From a virus: a stretch of DNA of 47,473 nt. The translations under genes and the position numbers were made by a program. The notes beneath the pieces were generated by a model that saw only the letters and a program-made list of their open reading frames with translations, made no database searches and was not told the origin of the DNA. This document shows, piece after piece, positions 25,901 to 34,446 of this stretch. The stretch lies in IMG/VR virus record IMGVR_UViG_3300003660_000011. One strand, given 5' to 3'. Each line of letters starts with the position of its first letter. Within the stretch, counting starts at the first letter, position 1.

Positions 25901-28900
25901 GATGCCCGCGTGCCGCGCGCCACGGCGATCTTCGGACCGAAGCTTGGAGCCTTCTACGCGAACCTGACCGGGGCCGACGGCTACCTGACGATGGACCTGT
26001 GGTGGAGCCGCACGATCAACCGCTACCGCGGCGACGTGTTGCCCCGCGTCAGCGGGCTGAAGAACGCCGTCGACAGCAAGGGCAAGCCGATCGGGCTGCA
26101 TCGCTTCAAGTGGCTCGTCGGCCAGCCGGACCTGACAGACAGTCAGGCGCTGAAGCTGGTCGTCGACCACGCGCAGCGCTACAAGGACCGGGGCTACACG
26201 GAGGGAGACGAGGCCGAGAAGGCCGCGAATACCTTGTACAAGGACGCCTTCGTCAAGCTGCAGGAGAGCCCGCTCTCGGCCAAGGAACGCGCCTTCATGA
26301 TCGAGGTCGCGGGCGCCGCGCGCGACGAGGTCTACGCACGCACCGGAAAGCGCTATTCCGTTGCTGACATCCAGGCGCTGATCTGGTACTATGAGAAACG
26401 GCTCATGGCAGACATGGGTGCGAGAGAGAGCGGAGACATCAGCTATGAAGAAGCGGCAAGACGTGCAATTACTGGACCCGGCGGAGATGTCTTCGCTCAG
26501 GGAACCGACGGCGGACGAGCTGAAAGCGATGATCGCGCAGCGGGCGGAACGCCAGCGAGCGCGGATGGAGGAGATGGCGATGCAGATCGGCGTCTCCCCG
26601 ATCTCGAGCCCGCGAGCCCAGGCCCTGTCGCGGGGGTTCGGAGCCTAGCGTCAACCTACATGCGGCGCATGGGTCTTCCCGTGCGCCACCAAGCCACCTA
26701 TGTCAAGGTTGACAAGGCCCGCGCCGAAGAGGTCGCGCGGCTTTACGACGAGATGCCGGACGCGCCGGACGATCCTGAAGTGCAGCGCGCCTACCAAGCG
26801 TTGGCCCAGGAGACGATCGCGCAGTACGACGCGCTCCTCGAGCTGGGGCTCACCTTTGAGTGGATCACTGGCGACGATCCTTACGCCTCGCCCGCCGAGG
26901 CGATCAAGGACATGCAGGAGAACAAGCACCTGTGGGTTTTTCCGACCGACAGCGGCTTCGGTACGCTGAGTGAAGCCAGCGCGAAGAACCCGCTACTCGC
27001 GATGTCTGGTCGGATCGTCGACGGCCGCGAGGCCCGGATCAACGATCTGTTCCGCATCGTGCACGACGTTTTCGGTCACGGTTCCGAGGGCGCCAGCTTC
27101 GGAGCTCGCGGCGAGGAGAATGCGTGGCAGGCACACGTTCGCATGTTCTCGCCGTTGGCCGCCCGCGCCATGACTACCGAAACCCGTGGGCAGAACAGCT
27201 GGGTGAATTTTGGGCCGTACGGAGAACAGAACCGCAAGGACCCAAAGAACACGGTCTTCGCTGACCAGAAGGTCGGGTTGCTGCCGCCGTGGGTGAGTAC
27301 GATCGGGCAGGCGGAAGATGCCCCAAACGGGACGCTGTATCAGGCGATGCCAGACTTGCCGGAGGGCACGATCCTTCGTGAGGACGGCCAGCCGCTCACT
27401 ATGTACCACGGGACGAACCGCGAGTTCACGCAGTTCCGAGATGGGGAGGTATTCCTGACATCGCGCCGCGGTCTGGCAACCGAGCACGCACTCCGTGAAG
27501 GAGCGACCGGTCGCCCACGCGTTATAGAAGCGACCGTCGCTCTCCAGAACCCGCTGGAGGTAGACGCGGGCTCCGTCGAGCCCGACGTATACTGGCTGCA
27601 GAACGCGGCCGCGATCCGCGCGAGCGTTGCGGCCGGGAACCATGACGGTGTCATGATTACGTCGGGCAGCGAGTTGATGGTCATCGCGCATCGCGCTGAT
27701 CAGGTAACACAGTTTGATCCGCGGAGGTTCTTCCAAGGCGCACCCGGCATCCTATTGAACGAGACCGCCACGCCCGCCGACTTTGACGGTGAGCTCAGGC
27801 TGAGCTCTTTCCGCAAGAAGGGGTGGTTTATCGTGTCCGCAACCCAGAGCCACTTCGGCGCATGGGACAGCGCGGAGAACGTGGCTGAGGCCGAACGCGC
27901 CAGGAAGTTCCTGGCCGACAACGGGCTTGCGCACCGCGAGGTCCGGGGTCGTTACGCAGGCACGGACGACGGGCCGTCGTTCCTGGTCTTCGGGGACGAA
28001 GCTACGTGGGGCCAGACCATGCGGGACATGTTCCGCCAGGAGAGCATCCTGACGCGGCAAGGCTTCGTCTATTCCCCGTACGAGGAAAGAAAGCCTGTAC
28101 CGATCACGGGGCTCCGCATGGGAGAAGCCCTGAACCCCGACGAGGACTACCAGACCACACTGCCGGACGGACGCACCTTCACGCTGGACCTGGACTGGCC
28201 TGATCCGAAGTCGGACGACCCGCGCGACGATCTCGCGCTGCGCGAGGACGGCAAGGTCGAGTTGATCCACTGGTCGCCGAAGGAGCGCGCGACGATCGAC
28301 CCGAAGCACGCTGGCAAGGGCAAGATGGACGGCCCGGAGCGCCATCGTTCGGGACCGAACAAGGCCTTCTACGGGCTGAACATCGGCGCGCGGAACACCG
28401 CTTACCGGCGCGAGAGCCCGTCGCTTGGCGGGATCAAGCACACCGTCGCTCTCGATCCGTCGCGCCTCTACCCGTGGGATACCGACCCCGACGGGCTGCG
28501 CGCGAAGATCGACGGCAAGCTCCCGGCCGCCCAGCAGATCGGCGCCTACGAGAAGGCCATCAAGAAGGCTGGCTACGCAGGATATTTCGTCATCGACGGC
28601 CCGCTCGGCGATGTCGCCGCGGTCTTCGAGGCGCTGCCGGTCGAGAAGGTCGAGGTGGACACGGCGCTTTACCAGAGCGACGAGGCGTTTTTCAAGTCGG
28701 CCCTGGCCGAGGCGATCCGCGATGCGAAGCAGGAGACCGCCCCCGTCAAGGACTGGCTGAAGATCATCCCCAAGATGCCCGGCGTGAAGAAGGCCGAACT
28801 CGAGTGGACCGGTCTGACTTCCTGGCTCGAGAGCCAGGACCCGGATCGCAAGATGACCCGGCACCAGATTTACCACTGGCTCTCGAGCGAGCTGGTACAG

Positions 28901-31900
28901 ATCGAACGGGTCGATGGCTCTGGCGCGTTCTCGAGCTACGTCGAGGACGTGCAAGGCGCGGAGCACTATGAGGAAATCCTCCTCACCGTCCCGAACCTGG
29001 ACGCGATCGGTCCGAACGCCGGGAAAGAGATCGCGTCGACCGTGGCCAACCGCGGGCATTTCGACACGCCGAACATCGTTGTGCACGCCCGCGTGCAGGC
29101 GACGCCGGACACGCTCTTCATCGACGAAATCCAGTCGGACCTGAACAGCTTCTGGCGCAAGCGCGGTGGGCAGGCTCAGGCGCTGGGCCCGGTGCCGGAT
29201 GAGGTGAAGGCCGAGGTCGAGGCGTACAGCGCGTCGCAAATCGCAGTTTCGGGCGCGCGGCGAGCGACGGACAGCGCGCGTGAGGCCTTCAAGGATGCCG
29301 TCGGCACCTTTACCTATAGCGGCATCGCTGTCACCTATGACACGATGGACGGCGCGTTGTTCAGCTCGTCCCAAACACTGCGCCTGCTGGCGGGTACCCC
29401 GGACGTCGAGGCCTTTGACACTGAGCTCGGAGTATTGATCCAGCGTCAGAAATATCAACTGGCAGGCTTCCATGCAGTAGAGGTCGGTAAAGCAGCGCGA
29501 GGTGCGTTCAGCGGCGACATGGTCGGGATGGTCAAAGAGATTGAACGGCTCGACGAAGTCCGTGTCGACCTCCAGATGCGGAGCAGTGAAATTCGCAACT
29601 CGCTGTCTCAGGAGGCGCGCGATCTCTACAAAGGTGGCGAGAACTCGCTTCCGCTGCCGCTCACCCCCTTCGAGGGCGAGAGCGCGATCACGCTGGCGAT
29701 GAAGTATCTGACCACCTATGCCGCGCGCGAAGGGTTCAAGAAGATCGCATGGACCCCGGGCTACATGCAGATGAAGCGCTGGGGCGTGCAAGAGCAGCGC
29801 GCCCAGGGTATGGTCGAGGCGTACATGGTGATGAGCGCCGGGGGCGGCGGTCATCGTGTCGTCTCTCTGCGCCTAGAGGGTCAGCGTACCGCCGACTTCA
29901 CCGTCGACAGCGCGGGGCAGGTCACTGACACGGGGCGCGGCTTCCCGCCCGATCCGATCCGCAATCGCAACATCCGCGAAATACTGCCACAGGCCTTGGC
30001 CGAGCGCATCATGCGCCCGTTCCCCGACGGCGAGACTATGATGTCCGAGGAGGCCGCGGACTTCCCGGAGGTCAACATCAGCGACAACGCCGGGCAGGGC
30101 TACCGCATCGTCTATGACCAGCAGATGAAGCGGTTCCTCGAGAAGTGGGCGGGCAAGTTCGGCGGGAAGGTCGAGAGCGACGTGTCGGTGGCGCGGGACA
30201 CGGGAGAGGCCCCGCTCGGACCGCGCGTGGCGGCGTACCGCGAGGAGTGGCGCAACCGAGAAGGCGCGGGGCTCTCGGCCGATAGCGTGCGACGTTTTAT
30301 AAACGCCGCCGAGGACTTCGGCATGGCAACCGAAGGCGCCGTGCGGGAGATGCGGATCGCTTACGATAGCGGGGATTACGGGCGGGCAGTCGACCTCGTG
30401 TTCCGTAGACTGACGAAGCGAGGTGTGCGGCAAGTCGCGCAGCAGTTCGGAGATAGCGCGTTTTTCCCAGACGAAGGCCAACCCGTCTGGTCTATCACCC
30501 TGACCGACGAGTTCCGCGCCGAGGCGTCCAAGCCGCAGCCGCTGTTCCAGGGCCGCCCGACGGGCGCCCGTGGACAGATCATCCTCCCGCCCGCGGGCAG
30601 CGATGCCGCGCCGGAGATCACCCTGTTCGACCGGGCCGACCTGTCGACCGTGATCCACGAGGGCGGGCACTGGATGCTGTGGCTCTTGCAGACCGGCGCG
30701 AACGCCGGGGACCAGTTCTCCAGCGAGAGCATGGAGACCGTCAAGGCGTGGCTCGCCAGCCAGGCCGAGGACATCGCGGCCGAGGTCGGGCTGATCGGCC
30801 CACAGGTTCTGGAGTTCCTGGCGAACGGTACGACCGGGGCGGCCGACGTCGACGCCGCCGTGCACCGTGGCATCCACGAGCGCTTCGCCCGTGGGCTCGA
30901 GGCTTACATGCGTGAGGGCAAGGCGCCGAGCATCGCCCTGCGCGGCGTCTTCCATCGCTTCGCCGCGTGGTTGATGGAGGTCTACCGCAACGCAAAGAAG
31001 CTGCGCGTCGAGCTCTCTGACGAGGTGCGTCAGGTCTTCGACAAGATGATCGCCACTGATGCCCAGATCGCCCAGGCTCGCCAGCTCAGCGTCGGTGCCG
31101 AGCAGATCGCGGCCACCGCCCGTGCGATGGGCCTCGACGAGGCCAGCTACGAAGAACTGGTCCGGTTGCAGGATGAGGAGCGCGCCGAAGCCTTCGGGCT
31201 GGCGCTGCGCGAGACCCTCGCACCGATCATGGCCCAACGGTCGAAAGAGATGCGCGCGCTGCGTGCCGAGCTGACCAAGAAGATCAGCGCCGAAGTCAAC
31301 GCGCAGCGCCACAACCGCGCCTTCGAGTGGCTCGCCAACGGCCGCTGGGCGGGCGTGGCCGACGTGCCGGACGATCTCCCTGCCGACCTACGTATGGACC
31401 CGGAGACCCTCGGCGACGAGTACGGCCAAGATGTGCTGGACAAGCTGCCGCGCGGTCGCCGCCCGATGACGAAGGTCGGCGGCATCACCGCGGACGAGGC
31501 GGCCGGCTGGTTCGGTTACGACAGCGGCGCCGAGATGCTGCGCGACTTGTCCGAGAAGCCCCGTGCTCGCGACGAGATCAAACAGCGCGTGCAGGCGGCC
31601 CTGGCCGAGCACATCGAGGCGCAGGACCCGCGTGACGCGGCCGAGGCCACGGCAGACCTGGTAGACGCGCTGCACGGCGAGAAGCACGGTCAAGTCCTGG
31701 CCGCCGAGCTGCGCGCAATCAACCGGATTTCAAACCGGAAGCGGGCGATCACCAGCCGCCAGCAAGCCGCTCAGATCGCTCGGGATATCATCGCCCGGAC
31801 ACCGGTCAGAGAAGCGGTCCGCGCTGACCTGCACGCACGCCAGGCCCAGACCTTTGGCGAGCAGGCCGCACGCCTGCTCGTCACCGGTGACACCGAGGGC

Positions 31901-34414
31901 GCGTTCGAGGCCAAGCGCAAGCAGCTGATCCAGCACTCGCTCTTTGTCGAGAGCCGCAAGGCCGCCGACCTCATGGCGAAGGCCGAGCGCAAGGCGGCCC
32001 AGTTGAAGCGCCCCGGCACCCGCAAGAACCTGGCGGGCGAATACCTCGAGGCGATCGACGACCTCCTGTACACCTACGACTTCCGCAAGATTTCGGCCGC
32101 GGCGGAGAAGAAGCGGGGCGGCTTGCTGCGCTACATCGAGATGATGATCAAGGCCGGGCGCGAGAACGAGCTGGCGATCCCGGATCACCTGATCACCAAC
32201 GCGAACCGCACACCCTACAAGACGCTGACCGTGCAGCGCCTGCAAGGTGTCCTCGACGCGCTGACCAACATCGAGCACACCGCACGGCTGAAGAAGAAGC
32301 TCCTCGACCGTCAGCGCGAGCGCGACATGGACGCGGTCGTTGCGGACATCCAGGAAGCCTTCGACGAGAACGTGAAGGGCGTCGACCTGAACCGGGTCCC
32401 GACCGGCTTCGAGCGCGTGCGCGACGCGGTCAAGGAGTACGTCAACTACGTATCGAATGCCGACACCCTGCTGCGGCGCCTCGACGGCTGGAAGCTCGGC
32501 GACGTCTACCGGCACATCAAGTCGGGCATCGACCGCGCGTCGTCCGAGGAAGTCGTCATGCGGCTACGCGCAGGGGCGGAACTCGATAAGCTCTTCGACG
32601 GCTACAGCCGCGGCGAGCGTCGTCGGATGGCCGTTCGGCAAGTCTGGAAGGGCTACGACCAGAGCCTCAGCAAGTGGGACCTGATCTCGATCGCGCTGAA
32701 CAGCGGGAACAAGGACAACTGGGAGCGCATGACCTCGCGGGATAACCCCCACGCGATCTCGCCGGCCCAGGCCAAGGAGCTGCTGTCGAACCTCGACGAG
32801 CGCGATTGGAAGTTCGTCCAGTCTGTCTGGGATCACCTCGACGCAGAGTATTGGCCCCAGATCGCAGCGCGCGAGAAGCGCACCACGGGGGTCGTCCCGA
32901 AGAAGGTCGAGGCCATGTTCATGGCGTCGGATATTCCGAACCTGCCCGCGGGCTTGACCGGCGGCTACTACCCGATCGTCTACGACCGGCGCTTCTCGGC
33001 CAAGGTCGCCGAGGAGAAGCACCAGGAAATCCAGACCGCAATGCAGGCCGGGCGCTTTGGCAAGGCGCAGACCCGCAACGGCCACACCAAGGAACGCGCG
33101 GCAGGTTCCGGCGGGCGCACCGTCGAGCTGGGTATCCACGTGCTCTTCGGCCACGTGCACCAGGTCATCCATGACCTGGCCCTGTCCGAGGAAGTGGCGA
33201 ACAGCTGGAAAATCCTGCAGGACCCACGCGTGCGGGGGATGTTCGAGCGCGCTGGGCTCCTGACCGATCTGGCTTCGCTCGAGGTCTGGCTGCAGGATAC
33301 GGCGGCCGGGCAGATCGTGGCCGCGGGTGTGCTGGGGCGGATGGCGCGGCACGCGAAGTCGGGCTTCACCGTCTCGAAGCTGGCCTTCAACATGTCGACC
33401 GTCGCGATCCAGTTCACCGGGCTTGTGCAGTCGGCCGCCTTCCTCGGGAAGCGTGATCTCGCGAAGGGGTATTCCTCGTACGTTGCACAAGGGATGTACC
33501 CCGCCGCGCAGCGCGTCAAGGCACGGTCGGTTTTCATGGCCGAGCGCGAGCGCACCTTCCAGCGCGACATGTTCGACCTGCTCGGAGAGACGGCCAAGAC
33601 GCCGATCAGTGGCTCGCTGGCGGACGCCCGCGACCTGCTCATGTCGGCAGGGTTCTGGGCGATGCAGAAGGTCCAGTTCTACGTCGTCGACGTGCCGACG
33701 TGGATGGCGGCCCACGGGCAGGCGCGCAAGCGTGGTATGACCGAAGACGAGGCCGTGCATTATGCTGACCGGGCGGTGGCCCGGGCGCAGGCGTCCGGCG
33801 TCTACGCCGACCGCACCGCGATCGAACGTGGCACCTTGGGTCGGGACACACGTCAGAACGAGTTCCTGCGCCTCTTCACGGCTCTGGGTTCCTACATGTT
33901 CGCCAAGTTCAACATCGCCCAGGAGATTGTCGGGCGGACGCGACGCGACGTCGCGGACCCAGGTAAGAGCTCGATCGCCGCCGTGCTGAACGGCACGATC
34001 GACATGCTGCTGATCTTCACGGTCGAGGCGGTGCTCTATCACATGATCAAAGGCACGCTGCCGGGGGATGACGAAGACGAAGACGAGCAAAGTTGGCTGG
34101 CGTTCCTCGCCTCACAGACGGCGCTGTCGGCGATGGGCACGTTGCCCTTCATCCGCGACATGGTATCGGTGATCCAGGGCTTCGATGGCGGCGGTGCCTA
34201 CGGCGGCGTCCTCGAAACGGTCGGCAAGCCGCTGGTCCAGATCGGGCAGGGTGAGGTCGACAAGCAGCTGATGCGGTCGATCAACGATCTCGTCGGTCTG
34301 GCGGTGCCCGGCTATCCCTCGACGGCTATCTGGCGCCTTGCGGACGCCGAGATGGAGCGGCAGAGCTCGGGGAATTTCTCCCCGCTCGATTACATAATGG
34401 GCGTCCCCCGCTAG
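22901..34414 (+). CDS. Giant (3,837-codon) polyvalent virion/ejection protein ORF in the T7 gp16-like position. Its continuity around 26445-26660 is questionable.
   Basis: Uninterrupted ORF. Gly/Ala-rich hydrophobic helices near both ends. Internal YHGT..F..F ART-like module, HEGGH motif and IDEIQSD/AWTPGY-type modules as seen in large polyvalent phage proteins. Confidence 0.7.
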   Translation: MAELDFLNGTPTAPGETEFDAWLRDRNQKSALRASTVLTAARTVTTPEEVAKRRSVAALAGSVLGTNLPARLLTDPMTLQMVENKVISTRALDTLRKNPLLAEWFSDQDNAAIASTDVEELGLMSQVLYGVARGADKFYDDLVGPGANFRTTAEALSRARDSQRTYTELLAEERAASAGGVEPVGGIAGARVAAQKASGTAPKTTDEDAANPFASARAMKRWLDGRIYGVTSFNDQEDLEGDNTEATREMQREEVERQEDFPIGRGAAEVSRKLAEIPAEAGFLESTKTVFDIMTERPGDFVGFLAGTAAESGVSLIAAAGVTAATRNPALGRVAMFGTAVPVVRASNTLEMASEMGYDLSKPEDARRLAQNPSDLERIVDSAGAYSTVISMVDALTAGLGSAMAKNPVGSFAIEAISQAVAGGGGEILARMVSGQQWSWTDAILEGLAEMATAPFEAMGVGSEVVFRKYRESQRASDRRGFFQALSQGSADSALRKRSPEAYKSAIEKLTKDGPVENVYVDAGRMEQLFQDDPEALRALFDAVPDLDYRAFQKAAETGSVFAIPTATYAANIAGTEIDARLTDHLRLRPDRLSYAEAQEAMAETEEQMKGFEKRLKELEETADLDPAAQQEYEDLTTQLIAAGRAPGVARAEAQLLASTVQTMAQRQGVTTAEYVRRNLLPTIRRETSTAEKSPFRVMRMGDLSEALRDPSRATLPEFAAIADELAEQNLTPETASEDDIRLAAISVADRGGLVSSLDEEFLLTPSGIYRATPGEPMMQTVSLRNGTEDLSAWGHTPGKSITTRALALIMQARQRAHYGKIKRTDFSQKTVEKMANWMADEIEFELQTPGATAEGWYTTKFQAALDVMTARFPEFDTSVEEFVRPNLPGLRKVKSAYEARQLMTMIIAVTSNGAKVTDNYRMAVDAYRQYRETGRFIKVKNGGDRANSITSHLNRIAQLIGEFDSVSEVQAFLTEDVTVSDLNKQLKAIGMPVLSKMPSDARVPRATAIFGPKLGAFYANLTGADGYLTMDLWWSRTINRYRGDVLPRVSGLKNAVDSKGKPIGLHRFKWLVGQPDLTDSQALKLVVDHAQRYKDRGYTEGDEAEKAANTLYKDAFVKLQESPLSAKERAFMIEVAGAARDEVYARTGKRYSVADIQALIWYYEKRLMADMGARESGDISYEEAARRAITGPGGDVFAQGTDGGRAESDDRAAGGTPASADGGDGDADRRLPDLEPASPGPVAGVRSLASTYMRRMGLPVRHQATYVKVDKARAEEVARLYDEMPDAPDDPEVQRAYQALAQETIAQYDALLELGLTFEWITGDDPYASPAEAIKDMQENKHLWVFPTDSGFGTLSEASAKNPLLAMSGRIVDGREARINDLFRIVHDVFGHGSEGASFGARGEENAWQAHVRMFSPLAARAMTTETRGQNSWVNFGPYGEQNRKDPKNTVFADQKVGLLPPWVSTIGQAEDAPNGTLYQAMPDLPEGTILREDGQPLTMYHGTNREFTQFRDGEVFLTSRRGLATEHALREGATGRPRVIEATVALQNPLEVDAGSVEPDVYWLQNAAAIRASVAAGNHDGVMITSGSELMVIAHRADQVTQFDPRRFFQGAPGILLNETATPADFDGELRLSSFRKKGWFIVSATQSHFGAWDSAENVAEAERARKFLADNGLAHREVRGRYAGTDDGPSFLVFGDEATWGQTMRDMFRQESILTRQGFVYSPYEERKPVPITGLRMGEALNPDEDYQTTLPDGRTFTLDLDWPDPKSDDPRDDLALREDGKVELIHWSPKERATIDPKHAGKGKMDGPERHRSGPNKAFYGLNIGARNTAYRRESPSLGGIKHTVALDPSRLYPWDTDPDGLRAKIDGKLPAAQQIGAYEKAIKKAGYAGYFVIDGPLGDVAAVFEALPVEKVEVDTALYQSDEAFFKSALAEAIRDAKQETAPVKDWLKIIPKMPGVKKAELEWTGLTSWLESQDPDRKMTRHQIYHWLSSELVQIERVDGSGAFSSYVEDVQGAEHYEEILLTVPNLDAIGPNAGKEIASTVANRGHFDTPNIVVHARVQATPDTLFIDEIQSDLNSFWRKRGGQAQALGPVPDEVKAEVEAYSASQIAVSGARRATDSAREAFKDAVGTFTYSGIAVTYDTMDGALFSSSQTLRLLAGTPDVEAFDTELGVLIQRQKYQLAGFHAVEVGKAARGAFSGDMVGMVKEIERLDEVRVDLQMRSSEIRNSLSQEARDLYKGGENSLPLPLTPFEGESAITLAMKYLTTYAAREGFKKIAWTPGYMQMKRWGVQEQRAQGMVEAYMVMSAGGGGHRVVSLRLEGQRTADFTVDSAGQVTDTGRGFPPDPIRNRNIREILPQALAERIMRPFPDGETMMSEEAADFPEVNISDNAGQGYRIVYDQQMKRFLEKWAGKFGGKVESDVSVARDTGEAPLGPRVAAYREEWRNREGAGLSADSVRRFINAAEDFGMATEGAVREMRIAYDSGDYGRAVDLVFRRLTKRGVRQVAQQFGDSAFFPDEGQPVWSITLTDEFRAEASKPQPLFQGRPTGARGQIILPPAGSDAAPEITLFDRADLSTVIHEGGHWMLWLLQTGANAGDQFSSESMETVKAWLASQAEDIAAEVGLIGPQVLEFLANGTTGAADVDAAVHRGIHERFARGLEAYMREGKAPSIALRGVFHRFAAWLMEVYRNAKKLRVELSDEVRQVFDKMIATDAQIAQARQLSVGAEQIAATARAMGLDEASYEELVRLQDEERAEAFGLALRETLAPIMAQRSKEMRALRAELTKKISAEVNAQRHNRAFEWLANGRWAGVADVPDDLPADLRMDPETLGDEYGQDVLDKLPRGRRPMTKVGGITADEAAGWFGYDSGAEMLRDLSEKPRARDEIKQRVQAALAEHIEAQDPRDAAEATADLVDALHGEKHGQVLAAELRAINRISNRKRAITSRQQAAQIARDIIARTPVREAVRADLHARQAQTFGEQAARLLVTGDTEGAFEAKRKQLIQHSLFVESRKAADLMAKAERKAAQLKRPGTRKNLAGEYLEAIDDLLYTYDFRKISAAAEKKRGGLLRYIEMMIKAGRENELAIPDHLITNANRTPYKTLTVQRLQGVLDALTNIEHTARLKKKLLDRQRERDMDAVVADIQEAFDENVKGVDLNRVPTGFERVRDAVKEYVNYVSNADTLLRRLDGWKLGDVYRHIKSGIDRASSEEVVMRLRAGAELDKLFDGYSRGERRRMAVRQVWKGYDQSLSKWDLISIALNSGNKDNWERMTSRDNPHAISPAQAKELLSNLDERDWKFVQSVWDHLDAEYWPQIAAREKRTTGVVPKKVEAMFMASDIPNLPAGLTGGYYPIVYDRRFSAKVAEEKHQEIQTAMQAGRFGKAQTRNGHTKERAAGSGGRTVELGIHVLFGHVHQVIHDLALSEEVANSWKILQDPRVRGMFERAGLLTDLASLEVWLQDTAAGQIVAAGVLGRMARHAKSGFTVSKLAFNMSTVAIQFTGLVQSAAFLGKRDLAKGYSSYVAQGMYPAAQRVKARSVFMAERERTFQRDMFDLLGETAKTPISGSLADARDLLMSAGFWAMQKVQFYVVDVPTWMAAHGQARKRGMTEDEAVHYADRAVARAQASGVYADRTAIERGTLGRDTRQNEFLRLFTALGSYMFAKFNIAQEIVGRTRRDVADPGKSSIAAVLNGTIDMLLIFTVEAVLYHMIKGTLPGDDEDEDEQSWLAFLASQTALSAMGTLPFIRDMVSVIQGFDGGGAYGGVLETVGKPLVQIGQGEVDKQLMRSINDLVGLAVPGYPSTAIWRLADAEMERQSSGNFSPLDYIMGVPR
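26445..26648 (+). CDS. Candidate embedded 67-codon gene in the +1 frame of the giant ORF
   Basis: GGAGA lies 8 nt before ATG 26445 and TAG is at 26646. By hand count 57/67 codons end in G/C, against 33/69 in the giant-ORF frame over the same nucleotides. The sequence MKKRQDVQLLDPAEMSSLREPTADELKAMIAQRAERQRARMEEMAMQIG... is plausibly helical. Confidence 0.45.
   Translation: MKKRQDVQLLDPAEMSSLREPTADELKAMIAQRAERQRARMEEMAMQIGVSPISSPRAQALSRGFGA
27332..27718 (+). other. ADP-ribosyltransferase-like module of the giant protein (polyvalent-protein ART type)
   Basis: MYHGTNREFTQFRDGEVFLTSRRGLATEHA...VIEATVALQNPLEV matches the YHGT..F..F / F-[FL]-T / ...NP pattern I associate with ART domains of polyvalent phage proteins. 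Local G+C is lower. Confidence 0.45.
30656..30670 (+). other. HExxH (HEGGH) zincin-type motif inside the giant protein
   Basis: DLSTVIHEGGHWMLWLL, with HRGIHERFARGLEAYMREG about 80 codons downstream. Based on the motif only. Confidence 0.35.
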
Positions 34415-34446
34415 ACACCCCCGGCAAGAAAGGATATATTGCAGGA

